43,853 nucleotides of DNA from Lama guanicoe (taxonomy: Eukaryota), in NCBI GenBank assembly GCA_013239625.1, contig MU053513.1, forward strand, positions 4,074,303 through 4,118,155, read 5' to 3'. Each line of letters starts with the position of its first letter. The first letter of the stretch is position 1. The translations under genes were made by a program, and so were the position numbers. The notes beneath the pieces are model-generated. The model saw only the letters and a program-made list of their open reading frames with translations. It was not told where the DNA came from and did no database searches. Shown here piece by piece: positions 24,841-35,700 of this stretch.

Positions 24841-26043
24841 TAAAGACAAAAAAAGAAAGAAAAACTGGTGTTCTTATTTTCAGTATGGAAAAGTCTGACC
24901 TAGGCAACCTTTTCTATTTCTGTTTTATTTTCTTTGTATTTTCACTTTCTTGTCTAAGCAATACTCAGCTTGAGCCGAGACCCAAATAGAAATGCAGTAG
25001 TGAGACCGCTGGGCAGGTAGGCGTGATGGGAGCTGCTCTTTTCCTGGTCCTGGGGCTTCTCACCCCGGGGACTGCTCAGCTGCTCTGCTGTGCAGTGTGC
25101 TTTCTGCCTGCTTCTGCCCACTTTCCTAATAAGAAAGCTGCCCTTCAGGTTATATCATTGCTAAACAACCTTTTAGCAGTGGAGAGTTTACTTTCTTCTC
25201 TGTGCTAGGTACTGTATTAAATATTTTAAATAAAGATTTTTTAATGACACAATTTTTGATGAACTCTATCATGAACTTCCCATTAATGACACCATCAAAG
25301 TGCTTTGATCCCCCCACACACATGGAAGGCCATTTTATAGTTAGCCTGGGCTCCGTTCTGAGCAGTCCAGTGTTGAGCTTCAATACAATAAAAGTCTGAA
25401 TTCTTTCATCTCAAGTCCTAGTTTCTGCAATTCTTTTTGATATTTCAGCTGCTCGTGGCTGGTGAATATGATTATTCCAGAAGTTAGCAAAGATGTTCTT
25501 GGTGGTGGCAAAGTCCAGCAATGTTTGCTTTGCTTAATTTCAAGAAATTGGGATAGTGCCCAAATAAAGTTATGGATATCACTCGGAACCCTTTCGTTAC
25601 ATTACAGAAGATTTCTAAAGTTATCTGATTCTATATTTAAATGTTCTTTACCTTTTCTTAGAGTTTATTTTAACTCAAAGTTTTCTTTTCATTGTACTAT
25701 TAGCCATGGTAGGAGAGAAAGCTGAACTGTAAATTCCCCTTGTGATTTACAGATTATTCAAAGCAGTGTATTTAGTCTCTAATGCTTTTCTTCCTTTGTT
25801 AAAATGCATGAGCTTCATAAAGCCAAGTGTTTCAACAATGATAAATCTCTAAAACCTAATGCGGAGAGGAAAAAGGAAGTTGCAGGATTCAGCACAATGT
25901 GACCTGATCTAGATAAAGCCTGAAAACCTGCAGAACAATAGCACACATTGTTTGCTAATGCAGACGCATGTGGGCAGTGGCATTACATCGTGCCTGAGAG
26001 GGATGAGCACTGAGTGTATAGAACAGTCAGCTCTTAAAAGCGT

Positions 26044-26087
26044 GGGACAGAAGTGGGTTTGGGGACAGAACTGGGTTTGGGGACGGG
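26044..26087 (+). repeat. 18-bp tandem duplication, G-tract rich
   Basis: gggacagaagtgggtttg gggacagaactgggtttg gggacggg. Confidence 0.85.
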
Positions 26088-26215
26088 CGCAGGAGGCTTC
26101 AGTTACATTTGTGTTTTAGGTTTTTACAGTGTTTGAAGATTTGTTAAAGCTGAGTGGCAGGTAAATGTTTATTATATTCTTTATTCTCTTTCTCTGTTTG
26201 AAATATTACATAATC
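26085..26215 (+). mobile_element. ancient L1ME-like 3' end fragment
   Basis: ggaggcttcagttacattt...ttaaagctgagtggcaggtaaatgtttattatattcttt...tgtttgaaatattacataat. Confidence 0.55.
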
Positions 26216-26618
26216 TAACAAAAGAAGATCTATTTATCTAAGAAAACTTACATTTCTTAACATTAGATAACATGTAGCTCCTAAAATTGCCAAGATGTTG
26301 CAGCCCAAGCTTATACAAAAGGAAATGTAAGATATTGTATCATGCTATGTCTATCCAGATGGTTTTGTTTGTATATTTGATTGCCTTGTTGAAGGCACTG
26401 AATCTCTGCAGGAAGTAAAATGAAGTATTTTGCTTTGTAGCTGAAGGATTTGTAAGATGAAAGGTCCTTAAACATGAAATGAGATCAGTGGTAAGCTCAT
26501 GATTTAAATTGTTGTTTGAGAAATTGTTTGATCTTCCCCTCCAGGGTAAAAAACATCCTGATAGCCTAGATACAATATGACAATACATTAACTTTTTTTT
26601 CTTAGTATCTAGATCACT

Positions 26619-26729
26619 ATGGCAACTGGACAGAGGTTGATGAGAGCGATTCGAGTTTCTGAATTTGGTGGACCAGAAGTGCTGAAACTCCAGTCGGATG
26701 TTGCTGTACCGATTCCAGAAGAACATCAG
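26619..26729 (+). CDS. CRYZ: CRYZ exon 2, coding part (exon starts at 26606 with 13 nt of UTR)
   Basis: ttttcttag|[54 protein letters not shown]; donor CAG|gtggaa. Confidence 0.96.
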
Positions 26730-29700
26730 GTGGAAATCATTACTTAAAAACAGGCAGTAATTACACTGAGTCTGAGTCTCTAGCACATCAAGTTAGTGTT
26801 CAAAGGAAGCAGACTCACACTGATTTATAAAGACGTTGAATTAGGACAGTGTTTACACTGTTTTCATCTGTAAGCGCTGACAAAGATGACATCTTCCTAA
26901 TTAGTGAAGTGAATGTATGAAAAGGAATAACTGCTTATAAGAAAATTTTTGCAGTAGAGAATCATCTATGCAGTGTAGTAATCGGATTTTCCTGAATGGA
27001 GTCACAGTAGTTTTGAACAAGTTATTCTATCACAAACTTTCATGATCTTTATTTTGTACATGGTGGGAAAACCATTTTCTTCTGTAGACATGCTTTGTCA
27101 TACATGAGAGAATTTGAATGTAGAGTTTCTGTATTAATTGAGGGCAAATTAACTTCCATAGTAGATGGAGCCTCAAAATCTCAGCAGTTCAACCGTAGAA
27201 AATCATTTCTCATTCCCTGAATTCCAAAAGTCTAAAATGTCGGTGGATACTCCAGCAGATTTAGGGACCCAGGCATCTTCCATCATGTGTCTGTTGCCTT
27301 CAGCTCCTTGCTTCTGGGGTCTCTGTAAAAGGGTGGGAACACCATGTGCGTTGCCTGGGAAGGTCTCTGGGCCAGGCGTGAAGGTAGCCCGCCTCCCTTC
27401 TGTTCATGTTCCACCGGCTGGAACGCAGTCATCCGGCTGCTCATAACCGTGAAGGAGCAACAACGAGGGCGTGGTCTTCCTCCATACCCAGGAGGAGGAG
27501 GAGACAGGTCTGAGGAGCACATAGAGGTCTCTGCCACACACCCCCTCAGACATGTTGCCACCACTATTTTCCCCAAGTGTTTTTAATAGAGCACATAAGC
27601 CATTCTGTCTTACTTATATATGTTGGTTTGTTAACACTGGAATGTGAGCTCATTGAAGGCAAGATTTTTCTCTCCGGGTTTACAGGTCCCAGGGTCACTG
27701 CAGGCCTAGCATAGTGCTGAGTGAGTGTCTAAATGCTCTGTGTGAACTCAAGTACACTGTCGTTGCAGGTTCTAATCAAAGTGCAAGCCTGTGGTGTGAA
27801 CCCAGTGGACACATACATTCGCTCTGGTACTTACAGTAGGAAGCCGCGCCTCCCCTATACTCCTGGTTTAGATGTGGCTGGGCTGATAGAAGCTGTTGGA
27901 GAGCGTGTATCTGCTTTCAAGGTATTACATTTTTCATTTTGTCTCTTTTGGCTTAGTATATATTTTGTTAAACATTTTAGCATAGCTTTAAAATACGTCT
28001 GTATTTGTCTTTAAAAGGCCCATTACACAATTTGTGCCACTGGGGGGCTCCTCTAGTCAAAAAAGAAATTACCTTTTATCCAGAGGCCTTGCTTGTTTGC
28101 ATTGTTGGGGGTCAGTCCTGGGTAATTTCTGCATCTTCACATCTGCTTAGAATTGAACTGTGATCCTTTGATTTCACAGAAATGTGGAAGGAAAAAGAAC
28201 AAGCAAGGAAACTGTACTATTTCCTAACCTGGTAGTGCACAGCCAACATACATTTTTATTTTTATATAAATTTAGCTTCACGGAATAAAGGGAAGGCTAA
28301 TTCTTTTGAATAATAAGTAAAAGATGAAAAAATGTGAGGTCAACTATACATTTTTAGAGCTATGACTCAGACCAAGGTGACTGAGTCAATGAAAACGTTA
28401 TGATCCGGGCTTGTGTTATTTATGTGCCGAACCACATAAACAACGGAGATTGTATATTCACATTCTGGCATCTTTCCTCGTCGTTCCTTGACCTGCTCAA
28501 CTTTGGCAGCACATTTACCAAAATTGGACTGAGACGGAGAAGATGAACGTGGCCCCTGCCCAGGAAGACGGGCGAATTCCTGCGGCTTTCCTCTCCTCCG
28601 CCCGCGGCAATCTGGCTTCTGCCCCCTGCGCTCCGTGGAAACGAGGCTTGTTAATGTCGCTAATGGCCTCTGTATTGCTGGAGTTAATGGGCCCTTTTAT
28701 GTCATTATCTCTCTTGACTTCTCTGTGACACTTGACACTCAGCCACTTACTTTTTCTTAAAAAAAAAACTTTTCCTTCAGCTTCTGTGACCTCATTTTCC
28801 CCCATTCTCTCGCCTCCTTCCTCTCTGGGCACCCTTTCTTTTTTTTCTCTGGATGCGCCTCACATCTTGGTGTTGCTGTGCACACCGTGCCTAATTAGAC
28901 TCTGCGTTTTAGATTCTACACCTTCTTCGTGATGGTCTCGTCCCCGTGGTTTCCATTGTCACCATGATACTAAGTATCACTAGATATTTAGACTCTTCTA
29001 AGCTCTGGACCTGTGCTGTCCAGTGAAGTAGCCACTAGCCGCGCATGGCTATTTAAAATTCAAATTCAATTGAAATTAAAAACTCAGTTCCTCAGTCATG
29101 CTAGCAACACCTCAGGTGCTTAACAGACCCATGTATCTGGTGGCTGCCCCACTGGACAGTGCAGATGTGGAGCGCCAGCCTCACCACACAGAGCTGCGCT
29201 GGACAGCACGGGACCCACGCAGTCCGTCTCCAGGGACCTCTGACTCCCTGTGTCCAAAACTGAGCCTCTCTTTTTCTCACCTCAGATCTGCTGCTGTCTC
29301 CTGTGACTGCCTCGGTGACATCTGGGGTTTGAGGCTCATCTCGTCACTCTCCCTCGCCCAGCTCTCCCTTTCTAGGACTGCGTCCTGCCCCCTCCCCTCC
29401 TCACTGCCTGTAGCTGAGTTCAGGTTCTCTTCCACAGCCTCTCGCCTGGATTTCGGCGACAGACACTCACCTTTCCACCCGCCCTCCTTCCCCCTCGAGT
29501 TTGTTCTTGCTCTATAAGCAGTGATTTTCTCAAGTGTAATTCTGATTTTCACACCTCTCTTTTAGTTCTTGCGTTAATTCCTTGTAGATTTCTGGGTGTT
29601 GTTGAGACCGCTCCTGTTATGAAGGAAGAGTGTTTTGCGCACTCTCTCCCACCTCTCTCTCCATCCTTATCTCCCATCCCCTCTCAACTTGTGGGTTATT

Positions 29701-32700
29701 CTTTAGTAATAACTGTTAGTTCTTCCCTTGCACATCCTATGCTCCTTCATATCTGTGTCTTTGTTCGTATTGGTTCTTCTTGGCAGAATTAAACTGAAAC
29801 TTATAAACATAGATTCAAGGGATTTTATCCTCCAGCTTTAATTTCTTTTCATTTTATCTCTTGAAACTATTACAGTCCACGCATCAGGCCACTTACTCAT
29901 CGGGAGTGAACGCCAGTGATCTCTCAGCACTTCTTCCTGCCACTGTTCCTTTTCTCCCTTTCGTTCCTTTGCCCAGCTTTAGTTTTCAGAATCTTGTCCC
30001 GTCCTGCAAGGCCTGCCTCAGATGCTAGCTTCTCAGTGAGGCTATTCTTGATGCTTTCAGCTTAGAAACAATTCCTTTCCTTCTACCTATCTTTGATGCT
30101 TCTTCATCTTTGCCTTGCTTTGTAATTATTCCTGTCCTTCTCTTCTCTCTCCTGGAGTTTAAGAAGCTTGAGATTAGGGAGAGTGTCTTGCTACAAATAT
30201 CCACCACGGAACTCAAAGTACTGCTTTCCACAGAGGAGTCTTAGAACACATTTGAGTTATATTGAAATCACTGCAACGTGTTTTTAAGCTGTAAAAACAG
30301 GATTAATCTTAACACAGTCACATTTGACGACTTGCAGGCCATGCCGTTAAACAGGGATGGTTGTCTTTGACTCCTAGATGCCTTATGAATCTTTCTTATC
30401 TTTACCCCACCACATCGTGTTTTATTGTAGGACAAATTTAAGTATATGGAGAGTTGCTGTCTTAATGTTTTGCTTATTCCAAGGAATATCCACTTTTCTT
30501 TTTTCACGGAGGAGCTGGAGGAGGTGTCTGTGTTGGGCGGCCTAACTTCCCTAGCGCACAGGCACATCGGGCAGGCCTGTGGTGCCGGTGTGGTGACTTC
30601 CCTCCCTCAGCTGCACATCTGCTTTTCAATAGCAAGGACCCAGCAGACGTTTACTAGAGTTTGTTGTGTTGCTGGTGCGGGGATGAGCGAAGATGCCTGT
30701 CCTGGCTGATCTTTGCTGTCAGGATTGGGGCAGAATGGCCTGCTTTTTGGTGTATGCATGAAAAGTGAGAGACATGCAGGAAGAAATCTGTGGAAAGGAT
30801 TTAGAACAGGTGTTTGGTGTGTGGAAGAAACCTTACATTATATTTCTTTTCCCTAGTACTTTAGACCAAAAAAAAAAAGAAAAATGTTCTATATTAACTG
30901 CCATTTACTAACTGCTTGATCTGAGCCAATTACTGAACTTGCTTGTGCCTCATCTGTATAGTGGGATTATCTAAGGGAGATAATAGAAGTTCCAACCTCA
31001 GAGGCTGTCGTGAAGATAAATCAGGTAGTAGGAGGCATAACTGCCTCGCCTGCCCGGCAAGCCCTCGGGGGAGGTTAGGCTCCGTCGGCAGGTTCTCTCT
31101 TTTCTTGTTTTCCCCCCTTCCCTTGATTTTTTCTTCTTACTAGTTCCCATTAATAAAACACTTAAAAATGTTCAGTGTTTTGAAATAATTCTTATGAGAC
31201 CTTACAATGCATACATAAAACCATACATAAATACGTATTTCTTGTTCTAAAGGTTGCACTATAAAGAATGGTGCCCATGTGGACATCATTTCTAATCCCT
31301 GAAGCATTTACCGCCTTACTGCTCTCCCCAGAAAGGTGACAGAGTCTTCACCACCAGCACGGTCTCGGGCGGCTATGCCGAGTACGCGCTGGCCGCCGAT
31401 CACACTGTTTACAAGCTGCCGGAGAAGCTGGACTTCCAGCAAGGAGCTGCCATCGGCGTCCCGTACTTCACGGCCTATCGCGCTCTGCTCCACAGGTAAT
31501 GACCCACTCGGTCAGCTTTATAACCAGCGCCAGAGGAGGGCAGTGTCAGTTAGCGGAGGATAGTATATAATTTATTATCCTTCGTGCTACCTGTCCATCC
31601 ATCTGTCAGTCATTTTTGGTTACCATTCAGTTACCGTTAAGCATTATGGAGTAGAAACGGTTCTAATTTGGGAGATTGTTCTAATCACCGAAGATACAAA
31701 GAAGAGCAGAACACTGTCTTCACCTTCAAAGTGCTCACAGTCTAGCAAGGGTAATAATGTTGATGTATGATGTGGACAGGACAGTGGAAGAGATGTGCAT
31801 AGGGGCTTATGGGGTTGCAAGGGATGTGGCTGTGGGGATGAGGTAGAGCTTCCTTACACGATGTAAGACTTGCATTATTTTAAAGCCGTGGTTCAAAAAT
31901 CTTGTTATTCGGCTGTAGAAGCTAATTGCTGCAAGGTGGAAAGTACAGCACAGGGCTCTACCCTAGACGCGCTGGTCGGATTCCATGGCTGGTTTCTGTA
32001 CTTTCATTGAATTCTCTAGGTATCTGCAGAGGATCAGAGGGGGTTGTCTTGGGGAGTCAGCTGGGAGTGGGGAGGGCATCCTAGACAATGGGAATTGCTG
32101 GTGTCGGTGGGGAGTGTGATACCTGAGGAGAGCTCTGGCAGTTTGGTTTTGTTGGATAGAAGATTTCAAGGCAAAGAGTGAAGAATAAGGTTGGCGCGTA
32201 GTAATCTCTCAAGAACTGTTAGCTGTCATTGTCAAGTAGGTGGGCTGCAGGTTGTAACACGCTGGATTATAGAGCTCACACGTTGTTCTGTAAGGGATTG
32301 GGGGTCATGAAATGTTTAATGTAGGAGAGTGATAGTGTCGTATTTGTGTTTTCTTAAGGCCATCTGCTGCCTTGTGGAGGATGGATTTGATGGCAGGAAT
32401 GGGGAAGGAGATGGGAGGGTCCTACAGAAGTACCCTCTAGGCCAGAGACTTAAGGGCCAGGGTAAGGGTCATGGGAGAAGAGGTGGAGTGGAGAGGGCAA
32501 ATATTTAGGGAGCAAACCCAGAACTGCTTGGTGACTGCATGTGGAGAGTGAGGAAGAGGAAGAGCTTTAAGAATACTTACAGCAACGTGGGTGATGTTTA
32601 CCTTGACAAAGAGAAGGAGGAAGAAGTTTCACAGGGAAACTGGACGTGAATCTAAGACATGGTAGTGAATCTAAGACATCCAGCTCCCTGTTAGATGAGA

Positions 32701-35700
32701 GTCTGGTGCTTGAAGGTTGGAGATCCCAAGTGGATCCCAAGGCCAGGAGAGTCTAGCGGTCGTGGTGTCTGTTGAACATCTGTTAAACTCATGGGCACTG
32801 AAGACAGGAGACCTGGGTTGGAGTACCACCTTCCCCAGCTACTGCCCAAGTTACTTTCCTGTCTCAGCTGTAGTTTACTGATCTGAAAAACATGGATAAG
32901 AACAGCACGTACCTCATAGGGATGTGGTGGGAATTACTGAGGTCATGCACGTAAAGCTCTTGTCTGAGCCTGGCACAGGGAAGTGCTCAGTCACTGTGGA
33001 CAGTGCCCGGGGGTCGTGGTGATGTTGCTACTGAGGAGGAAAGCTAGTTGTCACTTGCATCAGTGAGGTCTGTTTGGGAAAAAAAAAAATAGCAGTTGGG
33101 CTTAGCAATTTGGAGGTCATTGGTGGCTTTTGTCAGATCATTTTCAGTAGAGTGGTGAACTTGAGGGAGTGGATTGAGGAAGGAAAAGGAAATGTGTTCT
33201 TTTAGAGGGGGCGGCAGTTCGGTTTATTTATTTATTTTTTGATGGAGGTACTTGGGGATTGAACCCAGGCCCTTGTGCATGCTAAGCATGCGCTATATCC
33301 TTCCCCTGGAAATTGATTCTTGAATGGAGACAACCCTTAAACAGTGGGGGAGATGGGAAGGAGTGGCTGGAAGAGTACTTGAGGAGAGTGTGGGAACAAA
33401 AGGGTGTTTTTAAGGATGGACAGGACTTGGGCATTTTTGTAGCTGAGAGAGGATCTAGCAGAGAGGGGGGGATAGAAGGTTTGGAAGCAAGGGCGGAGTG
33501 GCGGACGGAACAGGATCCTGCAAAGGCAAGAGGCAGAGGGCTCAGGACCTACGTAGAAAGACTGGCTTCAGACAACGAAAGGAGAGCTTATCTGTTAAAC
33601 CTGGAAGAGGTGAAGACGGTATAATTATGGAAAGTTTGTGGGTTGGGAGGTGTGGGGTCGAGGGAACGCAGATGTGATTGCCTCACTTTTCATAGTTAAA
33701 GAGGAGGCAAAGAGATCTTCTGAGAGTCGGAATGGGAGTGGCAACAAAATGCATGGTCGTGTGATTTTTTTCTATAGCACTCAGCCATTTGGATAAATTA
33801 TCAAGGAAGTTAGACTTTCATATTGATTCAGGGCTGGAATATTACTGGCAAAATGAAATAGTGCAAAAGAAATGAGAGTGCTGGAGACAGGGAGGGAGAG
33901 AGGTCGGGGCAGTGTGCCGTGGGGCGCGGGCTGGTTGGGAAGGGCATGGGGCCAGGAGGGTGAGAGGGCAGAAACAGGGCCATCGGGAGACAGTGACCTC
34001 TGGGACGTGGAAGGAAAGTTTTGAGGAAATATGGGCTTAGAGTCAGGACAGGAGATTACTGTCATAATATTAGTCATCAGTGTCTGACAGTGGAATGGTT
34101 GGGGGTGGTTACCAGGTGGAGCCCGGGGAGAGAGCGGTAAAAGTGGGGGAGAATCCAGGAATTGTGCTGCGAGGTTGTCGTCTGTGCATGTGGGAGTCTC
34201 CAGGCTGGGGCTGGTTTGAGGGTGGAAGAGAAAGCCTGCGGGCTGGGTCCCAGTCTTGGGTGACAGGAGAGGGTACTCCAGCAGCACAGGAGGCCGGGCC
34301 AGATGCCCGACGGCTGCCCTGAGTCCCAGGGGGAGGTGACAGTCACGGTTCTCTGGAGAAACAGAACCAACAGAAGGTGTGCATTGATGGACTGCACAAT
34401 GGTGTGCTCGGTGAGTGTAAAATCTGAGGGGATAGACCGGCAGGATGGAGAGCCCAAGAGGAGTTGTGGTCAATTTACTGGCAGAATCCCTTCTTGCTCC
34501 AAGAGTCCATCTTTGTTCTATTAAGGCCTTCAACTGATTGGATGAGGCCCATCCACATTATCCACTATTCTCAAAGTCTACTGACTTAAATGTTCATCTT
34601 ATCCAGAAAGCACCTTCATCCAGAAAGCTTGACCCATATCTGGCACCATGGCCCAGCCAGGTTCACATAAAATTAGCCATCACAGTGACTCTACCCAAGG
34701 ATAGAGGCATCGTAGCCGAGGCAACTGGGGAGAGGGTTAGTCAGCTTCTTCTCCACCCACTGCAGGCCCAGGGGTTTAGGAGAATGTGCTTAGTGTTTGA
34801 AGGGTCATTTTAGATTTGAAAAAAAAAATCATTAGGAGGAAGTATTTTCTATTCCATAGGCTACCATTAGTGGTCCTGTTCCTTACATGTGTATTTTACT
34901 TTTTTAATTGTCAGTGTTTTGGTAATAGCTATCACAGCTGATCATTCCAAATCCTGTTTAACTCATTGCCATCTACCCCCACCTCCATGCAAGTGTGTTG
35001 GAGAAACTCTGTTTCCTCACTCACAATGGGCAGTTGTCAGCTGTTGGCACCCAGCCTTGCGCGGGACCCCAGGTGACTGTGTTCTCACTCCCACATTGAG
35101 CGTAATGTCCATCCAGGGTGGCCACCCCTGCCCATCCTAGTCAGTAAGGATCCTCCCTGAGAGTAACACCTGGATCACACAGCCTCTGCCGGCTTGTGCC
35201 ACCAGCACTGGTCCATCTGGAATGACGCAGCTTCCCCTCTCTGCTGGCTGCACGTTCCTTGTTTTCAGTGTAATAGAAAAGTCGTCGTGTGAACCAGAGG
35301 TAAAAAGGATATGTCATTTACCAGAGGCTCTGGACATTTCAGGGGTGACAGGGGAACCTGGGTGACAGGATTTACTGTATTTCTCACTCTCTTACCATCG
35401 CTAACTCAGCGCTGCTTTCTGAAATGAGGCTTCGAGGCTGTGCAGCCAGATGCTCAAAGGCATGGGGAAGGAAAAGGGGAGCTGCTGTACCTACCTGGGT
35501 GTGACTCTGGAGCACGGAGTGAAGACTGAGCTGTGATAACCCTGTTTTGAGACACTTTCTGGGTGAATGAATGAGAGACTCCAGTTCCTCTAGGTTAAGC
35601 AATTCCACTTCATGTACCTACGAGCCCTCTTAGAAGGTGGCACCAGAGTGTGGGCCTGGCATCCAGCACGATGCCTGGCTCCTAACAGACTCCCAGTAAA

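Noticed and set aside
26340..26786. 148-aa antisense ORF across CRYZ exon 2
   Set aside because: No homology recognised; consistent with chance on the antisense strand
28515..29552. Cluster of 60-139 aa ORFs
   Set aside because: All lie in decayed L2/MER3 sequence
33781..34533. 250-aa minus-strand ORF
   Set aside because: Overlaps an MLT2 LTR and G-rich intron sequence; Pro/Ser/Leu-rich with no recognisable domain
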